Below, one piece after another: positions 38,750 to 48,351 of a stretch of 64,000 bases of DNA. The stretch is taken from contig JBEKDT010000017.1 of the NCBI GenBank assembly GCA_050014195.1, positions 44,561 through 108,560 of the forward strand, given 5' to 3'. Below the pieces are notes generated by a model, which made no database searches, had not been told where the DNA came from, and saw only the letters and a list, made by a program, of their open reading frames with translations. The position numbers and the translations under genes are program-made. Origin of the DNA: Desulfomonilia bacterium. GTDB lineage: Bacteria > Desulfobacterota > Desulfomonilia > UBA1062. Position 1 is the first letter of the stretch, and every line of letters starts with the position of its first letter.

Positions 38750-39132
38750 TTGCGGGCTTTCTGTTATGCGCCGATCATCCTGGGAGGTTCGGCATTCTCT
38801 TTATTCCCTGGAGAGATCACTGCATACCTGGGAGCGGATGGAGGGGTGAGGGGTGATGGAGAAGGGGCCCTTGATGTATTCCGTAATCCTGATCATGGAA
38901 AGATGCCCTCATCACATTGCTCTGTACTCGAAGAAGTCGCATTTCCCAAAAACATCAGTGAACTGTTCCCATGTTTTCGCAGATATCGGGCCGTAGGAAT
39001 CCAGGCTACACGCTGAGTCCCAATCATTGCATCTACTGCACGTATCCATGTCTTGAGGGAGGGACGGTAAGGACACGATGCCCGGAGGTCGTTGCCGGAG
39101 AGATCGCCATGCTGCACAAGGATTTCAAATGA
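38750..39132 (+). pseudogene. Frameshifted fragment of a B12-binding radical SAM protein
   Basis: PIILGGSAFSLFP...GDGE, then IQATR* at 39014; a shifted frame continues PNHCIYCTYPCLEG...R.PEVVAGEI (remains of CxxxCxxC). Confidence 0.8.
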
Positions 39133-39134
39133 TA

Positions 39135-40277
39135 TCAGAAATGTCTTTTCCCGGGTTTGTCCGACCTGTCGGATTTATGAGAATCGGGAATCAGTCTCCA
39201 TTCGCTCGTCTGCCAATTGTCCATATGTTTAACATCAAAGACCCAGGGGGGAATAGTTATGCACAGATATTTGGCCAGAGAATAGGCATAAGGCTCATAC
39301 ATGCGGCGCAGATCTCTCAGTTTCTGGTCAGTATCCTTTCCCTCACGCAGTTGCAATCCCGCTGCTGCAAGGGTGGAGCGCAGATGTGCAAGAACATGCT
39401 CGGGAAGGCGGTCATACTCCGGCTCTTGCGGGGGGGTGCTTAAGACTATTGAGAGATCGACAACGGCATGCCGGGCCATGGCAAACGTTAATTCAGCTTG
39501 CCTGGCGCAGGCATCTTCTACACCAACGATGGTAAGCGCACAGGTATCCAGAATCGCCGTAAGGGCGCCCAGCCAGGATTGGTTATCATGTTGTGAACGG
39601 AAAAAAGCAAGGGTCGGATATGACAAATGGATCTCAAGCAGCTCCGCAGACCATCGTTCCCAATCGTGGAGAAGCTGAAACAGCGTATCCAGGCCTTTGT
39701 CATGGCTGTGTCGAAGGAATATCTCGGCAGCTGTAGGTGGGGAGCCTGCCCGTGCATCCAAGAGGGAAATGGTTATCTCCCTTTGGGTAAATGACTGATT
39801 AAGTGCCGGGAGGTATCCGATGATGAGCGCGAGAAAGGCAAAGCCCATTCCTGCTTCCATCACGGTGAGGAACCTGGCAAACGCTGTGTGCGGGATAACA
39901 TCACCCAACCCGAGTGTGAAGAATGTGGTACCGCTCAGATACAGGGCCATACCGAACCCGGGATATCCTTCTGCAGCATGAAATGCCGATATTTGTGCGG
40001 AGTACATGAGGGCAAAGCCAAAGATCAGGCCTCCGGCCCAGATGATCAGTAAAAGCAGGAGAGAAAGCGGGCCATAATAGCTCAGGTAGGTTTCACGGTA
40101 TCTGTCTGAAACTATAGAGCGGGACAATCTTGACCACGGCAGCCATGTGAAGCGAAAGAAAAGACGGGCAAGTCGAATGCGGCGGATCACCCGACGCGGA
40201 AGAAGGATCGTCTCGAAGGCATCACCGAGGATGATGGCGATGAGCCCGGCACCCAGAACTGCCGACAAAATCATCAT
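39135..40277 (-). CDS. Potassium channel family protein (Ion_trans_2) with C-terminal cytoplasmic domain
   Basis: ALYLSGTTFFTLGLGD pore, LDARAGSPP, YP.LAFFRSQH..QSW. Confidence 0.85.
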   Translation of the reverse strand: MMILSAVLGAGLIAIILGDAFETILLPRRVIRRIRLARLFFRFTWLPWSRLSRSIVSDRYRETYLSYYGPLSLLLLLIIWAGGLIFGFALMYSAQISAFHAAEGYPGFGMALYLSGTTFFTLGLGDVIPHTAFARFLTVMEAGMGFAFLALIIGYLPALNQSFTQREITISLLDARAGSPPTAAEIFLRHSHDKGLDTLFQLLHDWERWSAELLEIHLSYPTLAFFRSQHDNQSWLGALTAILDTCALTIVGVEDACARQAELTFAMARHAVVDLSIVLSTPPQEPEYDRLPEHVLAHLRSTLAAAGLQLREGKDTDQKLRDLRRMYEPYAYSLAKYLCITIPPWVFDVKHMDNWQTSEWRLIPDSHKSDRSDKPGKRHF

Positions 40278-40556
40278 CTATACTCCGGGCGGTATTCATT
40301 TTGCCTGATGTGACAGCTGTCATGAACCCTGAGATCGCACATGAATTTCATATCTTTGTCTGTCCTTACGTCTTTGATGTTCAGGTATAGAATAAAGTCA
40401 CAGAGAGCATTTTCAAGCTCTTCTTCCTGAACCCGGCTGTGAATGGACAATTAACCCTGCTTCATCCGATTCACAAATTTTACGGATACCACCCATTGCC
40501 TCCGGCCCTGCTGCCTATTATTTGTTTGTAAAGCGCCTGGTAATTCAGGAGGTCTT

Positions 40557-40775
40557 ATGGACGCTCATAAGATGTACAGATACCGGTACAAGGTCAAGAT
40601 ATTGAATGCATCCGGCTGCGGTCCGGTGCACAGGGACCGGGTCGTATCCAGGCATATCTCCTTGGAAAATGCAAGGAAGGCCAAGGGCAAAATTTTGAGT
40701 GCCGAGCAAGGCGGAGGGATCACATCACCATACTACATATGGGACGAGCTCGAGCAGAGGATAATAGAATTCTAA
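40557..40775 (+). CDS. Small hypothetical protein
   Basis: AGGAGG RBS, 72 aa, co-oriented with downstream genes. Confidence 0.55.
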   Translation: MDAHKMYRYRYKVKILNASGCGPVHRDRVVSRHISLENARKAKGKILSAEQGGGITSPYYIWDELEQRIIEF

Positions 40776-40823
40776 TTACACTTGAATAAATAGTCTTAAA
40801 AACAAGGATACGAAAGATCCGTC

Positions 40824-41246
40824 ATGATGCTGAGGAAAAGAGATTGGGGGGTAATTGCAGGTGAAGCAGGTCTGTTCTTCATCATACTCATAGTTTTATA
40901 TCTTGATGAGTATGTCGATCTGCCTTACCATATGCTTGGGGCACCGCATACACCGTACAGGCCTCAGGAATACATCCTTGAGTCACTTTCTGTCCTTGTT
41001 GTCGCCATAATCATCATCATGGTAACCTATATCATACTCCGGAGAACCGCCCGGCTTGAGCGATTCTTAAGGGTCTGCGCCTGGTGCAGAAAGGTATGGG
41101 TGAATGACAAATGGGTGAGCTTTGAAGAATACGCACTGAAACGGCACTCACTGAAATCCAGCCACGGCATCTGTGAAGAGTGTGTGGCCAGACTCGAGAA
41201 AAAGGCCGAACAAAAGAAGGCTGACAAGCAAGAAGACTCACAGTGA
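40824..41246 (+). CDS. Two-TM membrane protein with C-terminal CxxC...SHGICxxC tail
   Basis: VCAWCRKV...W..FEEY...SHGICEEC. Confidence 0.75.
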   Translation: MMLRKRDWGVIAGEAGLFFIILIVLYLDEYVDLPYHMLGAPHTPYRPQEYILESLSVLVVAIIIIMVTYIILRRTARLERFLRVCAWCRKVWVNDKWVSFEEYALKRHSLKSSHGICEECVARLEKKAEQKKADKQEDSQ

Positions 41247-41340
41247 TTCCATAAGTGGTTCATTGCTTAATGTTGACATCATCTTTGTTCTCACTCATTC
41301 TATGACGTATGTGTGAACCCGTCAAAGGAGGATCGTAACA

Positions 41341-42009
41341 ATGAAGATCATGGCCATAAACGGAAGTCCCCGGAAAAGCCAGAGCCGTACCGGCCAGATT
41401 CTCAGAGAGGTCCTCTCCGGGGCGAAAGGTGCCGGTTCCGATATTGAATACATAGATATAACCACCCTGAATGTAGACTGCTGCATCGGGTGCGACAAAT
41501 GCCATCATCTGGGCCGGTGTGCCCGGAACGACGACTTCAATGACCTGTTTGAAAAGATGCTCGCCAGAGACGGCCTTATTCTCGGCAGTCCCGTATATAT
41601 CTTCCAGGTCACGGCACAGCTCAAGGCCTTCATAGACCGCCTCGGTCACGCCATCCACTGCCAGCGCCTGCTGGGCAAGTACGGTGCAGTGGTAGCCACC
41701 GCCGGCGGCTCCGGGCAGGTTGAGACCGCAGATTATATGGAGACCCTCCTGAACCGTATGGGCGTTCAGTGTACGGGCCGGGTGGCCTGCACCCTGGATG
41801 ACGGCCTTGTCCCGGCCGGGTCTGATGTCATGAGGCGCTCAAGAGAGCTTGGCCAAACCCTTGTATCGGCAATCAGTGAGAAGAAGGATTTCCCCGAACA
41901 GCTCCACACACTATCCCAGATGCGCCAATATTTCTGTAATATCATGATAAAGCGGAAAGAACGGTGGGACTGGGAATATAAATATTGGCAGGAAAAGCGC
42001 TGGCTGTAG
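41341..42009 (+). CDS. Iron-sulfur flavoprotein / flavodoxin-fold NADPH-dependent FMN reductase
   Basis: INGSPRK, CIGCDKC-x5-C, GSPVY, KAFIDR. Confidence 0.88.
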   Translation: MKIMAINGSPRKSQSRTGQILREVLSGAKGAGSDIEYIDITTLNVDCCIGCDKCHHLGRCARNDDFNDLFEKMLARDGLILGSPVYIFQVTAQLKAFIDRLGHAIHCQRLLGKYGAVVATAGGSGQVETADYMETLLNRMGVQCTGRVACTLDDGLVPAGSDVMRRSRELGQTLVSAISEKKDFPEQLHTLSQMRQYFCNIMIKRKERWDWEYKYWQEKRWL

Positions 42010-42033
42010 CAGGGGAGAAAAGGGAGGTTTGAT

Positions 42034-42172
42034 ATGCACTTTGAATTGACTGCAGGGCAGCAAATCTTCAGCCATGGGATACAGGAGGCAGAGGTACCTG
42101 CGTGAAAGCTACTTGTCCCTCTATGCCTGCGGGACTTCGGAAATACATAAAAAACGTGATATCGAGATTTCC
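42034..42172 (+). pseudogene. Internally deleted acyl-CoA dehydrogenase relic
   Basis: GGGAGG RBS + MHFELTAGQQ (ACAD N-terminus) fused to QIF..MGY..QRYLRES....GTSEIHK (ACAD C-terminus) with frameshifts. Confidence 0.65.
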
Positions 42173-42236
42173 ATAATCCATAGCCCACTCACTATGACCT
42201 TGATCCCGGTAGACCCGGATACAACTGCTTTACTAA

Positions 42237-42265
42237 TTGACTATTTGAATCAAATATTCTAATAT
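42237..42265 (+). promoter_or_regulatory. Sigma70 promoter with embedded palindromic operator; leaderless tetR transcript
   Basis: TTGACT-17-TAATAT; TATTTGA-A-TCAAATA (42242-42256); only 6 nt between the -10 and the ATG; no SD. Confidence 0.75.
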
Positions 42266-42271
42266 TCATTA

Positions 42272-42859
42272 ATGGCAATGGACAAAGACCGGAAGCTCAA
42301 TGACATCCTCAAGGCTGCCTTAAGGCTGTTTGCCCATTACGGGTTCAAGAAGACCACGCTGGATGATGTGGCAAACGAGCTGGGAATGACCAAGAGCAAC
42401 CTCTATTTCTACGTGACCAACAAGCGGGATCTCTACGAAAAGACCGTAAGCATGGCCTTCCAGGAGTGGCAGACCGCGGTGGTCGAGGCAGTAGGCGAGG
42501 TGGACGATGTGGCAGAGAAATTCTCAGTCATGGCCATGAGGTCCATTGAATACCTTGTAGACCATGAGGAGCTCCGTTCCGTATTCATGAAAGACCCCGG
42601 CATCTTTACCCTCTACCCGGCCGAAGACCGCTTCTATGAAATCAACAAGGGCGCCATGCTGCTCATAGAGGATATCCTGTCCCAGGGCATCAAGCAAGGC
42701 CGGTTTTACGACATGGATGTGCAACACATTGCCGAACTCTTCTTCTCCATCTACATCATGTTCCTGATCAAGACGTACGTGAAATCCGAAGGGGTCTCCG
42801 CGATGCGCATGTATGAGGAAGGCCTCAAGATCATCCTGCGAGGATTGTGCAGGAACTGA
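42272..42859 (+). CDS. TetR/AcrR family transcriptional regulator
   Basis: AALRLFAHYGFKKTTLDDVANELGMTKSNLYFYVTNKRDL HTH. Confidence 0.95.
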   Translation: MAMDKDRKLNDILKAALRLFAHYGFKKTTLDDVANELGMTKSNLYFYVTNKRDLYEKTVSMAFQEWQTAVVEAVGEVDDVAEKFSVMAMRSIEYLVDHEELRSVFMKDPGIFTLYPAEDRFYEINKGAMLLIEDILSQGIKQGRFYDMDVQHIAELFFSIYIMFLIKTYVKSEGVSAMRMYEEGLKIILRGLCRN

Positions 42860-42964
42860 CCGGGAAACCGGCAGGATAAGAGGAACGGACTTAATAATCT
42901 CCCGCAACACGGGAATGCCCGGCGATTATTCGCGCACATAGGTGAAAAACATGAGGAGGGAACC

Positions 42965-44356
42965 ATGCCGAAAGAAAAAGAAATGTATGATCTTATTATC
43001 GTGGGCGCCGGCAGCGGCGGGTGCGCCACCGCCAAGGTAGCTGCGGAACAGGGTCTCAAGGTACTGCTGATCGACAGGCGGAAAAAAGCGGATATAGGGG
43101 ACAAGCTCACCTTCGATACAATCCCCGTATACGCGTTTGAAGCGCTCGATATCCCTGTACCGGAAGGAGACGAGCTGGATATGAGGATGCTGAAGCTGAA
43201 GGTGTTCTCGCCGAACAGGAAACATTCCTTCGAAGCCGATCTCGATGGATACCTGGCACACAGGCACTTGCTGGGACAGCGACTCCTGAAATATGCCCTG
43301 GATGCCGGTTGCACACTCCTTGCCGAGACGGAAGTGATTGACCCCCTGATAGATAAGGACTTTATCGTGGGCGTGAGATGCCGGACTCCCAAGGATTCGA
43401 TGCAAGAGTACCGTTCCAGGGTCGTTGTCGATGCAAGCGGATTCTTCGCGGTCGTACGGGACAAGCTTCCCCACACCGTCTACCACAAGGAAGGGATGAT
43501 ACCCGAAGATACCGTACTCTGTTATCGGGAGGTGCGGGACCTCACGGGCAGTTCCGATTACATCCCCCCGAACGACTACCCCGGCTGGTATTGTACCCTT
43601 GAGAACCGCGGCTATTTCTGGATAGTGCCCGAAGATAAGGACAAGACCAATATCGGCTGCGGCATACCGAAGTATCCTGGCTATCCGAACCCCGAAAAGG
43701 TGACGCTGGATTTCTGTAAGGCGCATCCGGACAAGATCGGTGATAAGGTGTATGCAAAGGGTACAGGCCCTACGCCCAACCTGCCCATGAGGCCTTGCCA
43801 GCCCGAGCTTGTCGGGAACGGATTCATGCTGGTCGGTGATGCAGGTTATCAGGTATCGACGAATTCCGGATTCGGGGTTCCGGGGTCGGTGATTGCCGGC
43901 AAGATCGCTGCAAATGTGGCCGCCGCAGCCATCAAAAGGGGCGATGTCGACAGAAAAGGCCTGTGGGAGTATAACGTACAATACAAGAGGGGGTTCGGAT
44001 CTGTCCGTCCCTTTGCGGATGCCATCCGGATCTTTGTCCAGAACCTGTCCCACGAAGAAATCGACGCGCTGATTCAGACCGGACTTATGGGCTCCAAGGA
44101 GTTCAGCGCGCTGTGGAGCGACCGCACCTTCGACTATACGGTTCAGGAACGCATCGCCAAATTCATGAGCAGCAAAAGACATTTGGGGCTGTTCATCAAG
44201 GTCTCCGTCGTATTCCTGATTGCGAAGCGTCTGGAGAAACTCTACAAGAATTTCCCCTTCGCGATCGATGATTTTAATGCATGGATGCTCAAGCGGACTT
44301 TCCTGTATGCACTCCTATTCAAGTCCCTCGGCCTGAAAAGGGGGATTGCAGCTTAA
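42965..44356 (+). CDS. Geranylgeranyl reductase-family FAD oxidoreductase (archaeal DGGR-like)
   Basis: GAGSGG, IGDK, DASG, YREV, GYFWIVP, VGDAG, GLWEYN. Confidence 0.8.
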   Translation: MPKEKEMYDLIIVGAGSGGCATAKVAAEQGLKVLLIDRRKKADIGDKLTFDTIPVYAFEALDIPVPEGDELDMRMLKLKVFSPNRKHSFEADLDGYLAHRHLLGQRLLKYALDAGCTLLAETEVIDPLIDKDFIVGVRCRTPKDSMQEYRSRVVVDASGFFAVVRDKLPHTVYHKEGMIPEDTVLCYREVRDLTGSSDYIPPNDYPGWYCTLENRGYFWIVPEDKDKTNIGCGIPKYPGYPNPEKVTLDFCKAHPDKIGDKVYAKGTGPTPNLPMRPCQPELVGNGFMLVGDAGYQVSTNSGFGVPGSVIAGKIAANVAAAAIKRGDVDRKGLWEYNVQYKRGFGSVRPFADAIRIFVQNLSHEEIDALIQTGLMGSKEFSALWSDRTFDYTVQERIAKFMSSKRHLGLFIKVSVVFLIAKRLEKLYKNFPFAIDDFNAWMLKRTFLYALLFKSLGLKRGIAA

Positions 44357-44415
44357 GCGCCTTTGGTAAAGGTGGGGTATGCCGGGAAGAGTATACCCTT
44401 GAATGCAAACCGGTA

Positions 44416-46071
44416 TCAGGCCACATCGTTGGCCGCAGCCCGGCCTGCGGCCCGGCCTGAGAACATACATCCGCCGAGGAACGTCCCCTCCAGCGCACGG
44501 TAGCCGTGCATGCCCCCGCCGCCGAATCCGGACACCTCTCCTGCTGCATATACCCCGGGCAGAGGCTGGCCGTCGGCTTTCAAAACTCGGCCGGAGAGGT
44601 CGGTCTCCAGCCCGCCTAAGGTCTTGCGCGTGAGTATCCACAGCCTCACCGCAATCAGAGGGCCTGCAGCCGGATCGAGAATCCGGTGCGGCCTTGCCAC
44701 CCGGACCAGCTTGTCGCCGAGATAGGCGCGCGCCGCCCTGATCGAGGTGACCTGTGCATCTTTGCCGAAGGGGTTGATGATCTGCCGGTCGCGCCCCACT
44801 ATCTCCCGTTCGAGCTCGACCGGATCGATAAGGGACTCGCCGGTCAGGGCGTTCATCCCTTGCACGAGTTCTCTCAGCGTGCGCCTAACCACAAAATCCG
44901 CACCGCGCTTTTTGAATGCCTCCACGGGTCCCGGCGCGCCGGGCAGGGCACGGCCTAGAGTTTTGAGGATGCTGCGGCCCGTGAGGTCGGGGTTCTGCTC
45001 GGAGCCGGACAGGGCGAACTCGCGGGCAATGATGCGCTGGTTGAGCAGGAACCACGAATAATCGTAACCTGTAGTGGCGATATGCTGGAGCGCCCCCAGG
45101 GTGTCGAACACGGGGAACAGGGGGATCGGCAGGCGATATCCTCTCGCGTCCAGCCACAGCGGCGACGGGCCGCTCAGGATGCGGATGCCGTGGCTGCTCC
45201 AGATCGGGGCGTAGTTTTGTATGCCCTCAGGGTAGTGCCACATCCGGTCGGGATTGATGATACGCCCACCGCTCAAGCCGACGATCTCGAGCATACGCCC
45301 GTCCACGTAGTCAGGCACGCCCGATATCATGCGCTGCGGCGGATCACCCATGCGCTTCGGCCAATTGCGGCGCACCAGGTCGTGGTTGGCGCCTATCCCG
45401 CCGGAGGTGACGATCACGGCCTGGGCCTTCAGCGCAAACTCGCCCGTTACCACACGGGAGCTGGGTGCGCCGCGAACGGCATCGCTCGGTTCCAGCACAT
45501 CACCGTGGACGCCCTCGACCGCACCTCCGCTCATGCTTAGCCCGGTGACCCGGTGCCGGAATCTAAACGTCACCAGGCCCTGTTTCTCGCCCTCGCGCAC
45601 ACGCCGGATGAACGGCTCAAGCACAGCCGGGCCCGTACCCCATGTCACATGAAAGCGGGGGACCGAGTTGCCATGCCCGGTCGCCAGATAGCCACCGCGC
45701 TCCGCCCACTGCACGATAGGAAATATCCGCACACCCAGGGCCTGCATCCAGGCGCGCTTCTCTCCGGAGGCGAAGCCGACATAGGCCTCTGCCCATCGGC
45801 GCGGCCAGTAGTCTTCATCCCGGTCAAATCCTGCGGTGCCGAGCCAGTCCTGCAGGGCCAGCTCGTAGGAATCCTTTATGCCCAGCCGGCGCTGCTCCGG
45901 CGAGTTGACGAAGAACAGGCCGCCGAAGGACCAGAATGCCTGCCCGCCAAGCGACGCCTCCGGCTCCTGGTCCAGTACGATCACCCGCCTGCCCGCATCC
46001 GTGAGCTCAGAGGCGGCAACGAGGCCGGCAAGACCTGCACCGATTATAATCACATCCGCATCATTACTCAT
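44416..46071 (-). CDS. FAD-binding dehydrogenase (fumarate reductase/KstD superfamily)
   Basis: IIGAGLAGLVAA, GGQAFWSFGGLF, HGNSVPRFHVTWGTGP, TRKTLGG, YAAGE, LEGTFLGGC. Confidence 0.88.
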   Translation of the reverse strand: MSNDADVIIIGAGLAGLVAASELTDAGRRVIVLDQEPEASLGGQAFWSFGGLFFVNSPEQRRLGIKDSYELALQDWLGTAGFDRDEDYWPRRWAEAYVGFASGEKRAWMQALGVRIFPIVQWAERGGYLATGHGNSVPRFHVTWGTGPAVLEPFIRRVREGEKQGLVTFRFRHRVTGLSMSGGAVEGVHGDVLEPSDAVRGAPSSRVVTGEFALKAQAVIVTSGGIGANHDLVRRNWPKRMGDPPQRMISGVPDYVDGRMLEIVGLSGGRIINPDRMWHYPEGIQNYAPIWSSHGIRILSGPSPLWLDARGYRLPIPLFPVFDTLGALQHIATTGYDYSWFLLNQRIIAREFALSGSEQNPDLTGRSILKTLGRALPGAPGPVEAFKKRGADFVVRRTLRELVQGMNALTGESLIDPVELEREIVGRDRQIINPFGKDAQVTSIRAARAYLGDKLVRVARPHRILDPAAGPLIAVRLWILTRKTLGGLETDLSGRVLKADGQPLPGVYAAGEVSGFGGGGMHGYRALEGTFLGGCMFSGRAAGRAAANDVA

Positions 46072-46288
46072 CAATCTTCCTCCTGCAGCCATGTCACAAG
46101 GCAGCTTATATGTGCCATCTGTTATGCCGTATGACTATTGCTTATATAAGTATTTGGAGGGCTGAAAGGGAGAGGGGCCGGGTTTTTTAGATTTATAATT
46201 CCGAACGGCCTTAGGCCTTCTCGGCAGGAACTACTGACTGAGGTACTTTCCTCCGACGACTCGTGCCGGCTAGCATCATCAACCATGA

Positions 46289-47614
46289 TCATCCATAATG
46301 CGCTCTAGCCGCCTCCAACAGGATATCGATCATGTGCCGTAGATCCGACTCGTCAATGTTGAGCGGCGGCCACAGGTAAATCGTGGGCCCCAGGGGGCGG
46401 ATGAAGAGGCCGAGTTCGTAAGCCCGGCGCACTATTTCACGGACGCGGGCGGCCCCACCGGCCGAATCCTTGATCTCGACGGCCGCAATCATCCCGAGCG
46501 CTTGCATGGGAGAATCTTCAAGCAGGACTGCGAGACGGCCCATGCCGTTCTCAAGGATACTCGCAGGGCCGGCCAGACGCTCAATGACCTGTTCCTCTTC
46601 ATAGACCTTAAGCGCAGCCAGGGCAACGGCACTGGTGATCGGGTTACCGCAGAACGTAGTGCCGTGATGAAAGGTTCGCGTCAGCTCACCGTCGGCGCGG
46701 AAGGTGTCATATATCTCATCGGTGACCATCGTGGCGCTCATGGGCAGCATACCCCCGGTCAGCCCCTTGCCCAGGGTTATTATATCGGGCTTGATGCCTG
46801 CCTTCTCGCAGGCGAACATGGCGCCGGTGCGGCCGAACCCTACCGCTACCTCGTCGGCGATGAGGAGGAGGCCGTGCTTGTCGCAAAGCTCGCGCAGGCG
46901 GCGCAGGTATCCTGAAGGGTAGATGCGCATCCCTGCGGCAGCCTGGCAGAGCGGCTCGACGATCACGGCGGCGCACCCGGAGTGATGTTCATGAACCAGC
47001 TCGGCCATCGAGTCAAAGCACTCGATGCCGCATCGTCCGGGCCGAAGGCCTAGGGGGCAACGGGCGCAGTGAGGCGAGGTCGCCCGCCACGACGGCGTGG
47101 CGGCAGGGCCGAACGGTTTATGGAAGGTATCGATGTAGCCCACGCCGATGCCGCCCAGGCTGTCGCCATGGTAGCCATCCTTAAGGGCGATGAAGCGGGT
47201 ACGGCCTGTCTTCCCAAGGTTGGTCCAGTACTGCAGCGCGATCTTGAGCGCCGCCTCTACGGCCATGGAACCGTCGGCTGCGAACATGGCATGGCCCAGG
47301 CCAAAAGGGACTACAAGGGAGAGGCGCTCAGCCAGCTCGATGGCCAGGGGATGCGACATGCCGCCCAGAAGCGTGTGCTGCAGGCGCGCGGCCTGTTCCT
47401 GAATGGCCCGTACCAACCTCGGGTGGCTGTGCCCCAGGTTCACGCACCACCATGAGGATATGCCGTCGAGTAATGCGCGGCCGTTCATTTCATAAAGTGT
47501 GCAGCCTTCGGCCCTGTCGATGATGGGAAACTCGGTCCGCTCGAAGGAAGTGATCTCGGTATAGGGATGCCATACGGCTTGGACGGACCGGCGGCGCATA
47601 TCATGGTAACGCAT
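46289..47614 (-). CDS. bioA: Adenosylmethionine-8-amino-7-oxononanoate aminotransferase
   Basis: VWHPYT, DGISSWW, GYHGD, IADEVAVGFGRTG, GKGLTGG, RPLG. Confidence 0.96.
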   Translation of the reverse strand: MRYHDMRRRSVQAVWHPYTEITSFERTEFPIIDRAEGCTLYEMNGRALLDGISSWWCVNLGHSHPRLVRAIQEQAARLQHTLLGGMSHPLAIELAERLSLVVPFGLGHAMFAADGSMAVEAALKIALQYWTNLGKTGRTRFIALKDGYHGDSLGGIGVGYIDTFHKPFGPAATPSWRATSPHCARCPLGLRPGRCGIECFDSMAELVHEHHSGCAAVIVEPLCQAAAGMRIYPSGYLRRLRELCDKHGLLLIADEVAVGFGRTGAMFACEKAGIKPDIITLGKGLTGGMLPMSATMVTDEIYDTFRADGELTRTFHHGTTFCGNPITSAVALAALKVYEEEQVIERLAGPASILENGMGRLAVLLEDSPMQALGMIAAVEIKDSAGGAARVREIVRRAYELGLFIRPLGPTIYLWPPLNIDESDLRHMIDILLEAARAHYG

Positions 47615-47617
47615 GAT

Positions 47618-48346
47618 TCAGAGCTCCTTATGAAGATCCCACGCACCCAGGGCCCGGTCCAACAGGTCCGTGTCGGGCGGGGCGCCCAGCCAGGGGATAC
47701 GGGCCAGGACCCGGATGTTCCCGAACGATTGGATGGCGTGCAGGTTGTCGTCGTAAATAAACCGGTCATGCTCCGCAACGGAGCGGGTATCATTGAGAAT
47801 GACCCCGAGAATCTTGAGATTGCGGCTGCGCAGGGCTTCGAGTGAAAGCAGTACGTGATTGATCGTGCCCAGACCCGAGTGGCCCACCAGCAGCACCGGC
47901 ATCGACATCACAGCGGCAAGATCCAGCATGGTTTCGGATTCGTTCAGCGGAACCATAAGGCCCCCTGCACCCTCGACCACCAGCAACCGGTGACGCTCTG
48001 CCAACACCCGGGCGCTCTCCAGGATGACCTCCAGGCGGATCGGCCTACCGGCCAGGCGGGCAGCCAGATGAGGCGAACAGGCAGGTTCATAGAGGTAGGG
48101 TGCAAGGTGGTGCATGGTCTTATCATCCACGGTCAATCCGGTTGCCTGAAGTACGAAGTCGATATCCGGGGCTGTTGCATGCCCTGTTGCATCGAGGTAA
48201 GCACCGGTCTGCACGGGCTTCATCATCATGGCGTCCACACCGTGCCGTAGAAGGCGGCGCATGAGACCGGCAACGGTTATGGTTTTGCCTACATCAGTGC
48301 CCGTGCCGGTGACGAAGATCCCGGGGATCATGCGGTTTTCTTCCAT
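47618..48346 (-). CDS. bioD: Dethiobiotin synthase
   Basis: FVTGTGTDVGKT, KPVQTG, SPHLAA, VEGAGG, LGTINH. Confidence 0.96.
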   Translation of the reverse strand: MEENRMIPGIFVTGTGTDVGKTITVAGLMRRLLRHGVDAMMMKPVQTGAYLDATGHATAPDIDFVLQATGLTVDDKTMHHLAPYLYEPACSPHLAARLAGRPIRLEVILESARVLAERHRLLVVEGAGGLMVPLNESETMLDLAAVMSMPVLLVGHSGLGTINHVLLSLEALRSRNLKILGVILNDTRSVAEHDRFIYDDNLHAIQSFGNIRVLARIPWLGAPPDTDLLDRALGAWDLHKEL

Positions 48347-48351
48347 CCCTT

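Noticed and set aside
39014-39016. TGA at the radical SAM motif as selenocysteine
   Set aside because: The continuation is in a different frame, so this is a frameshift lesion, not readthrough
42926-44182. 418-aa ORF on the minus strand
   Set aside because: Antisense to the reductase; explained by codon bias; no motifs
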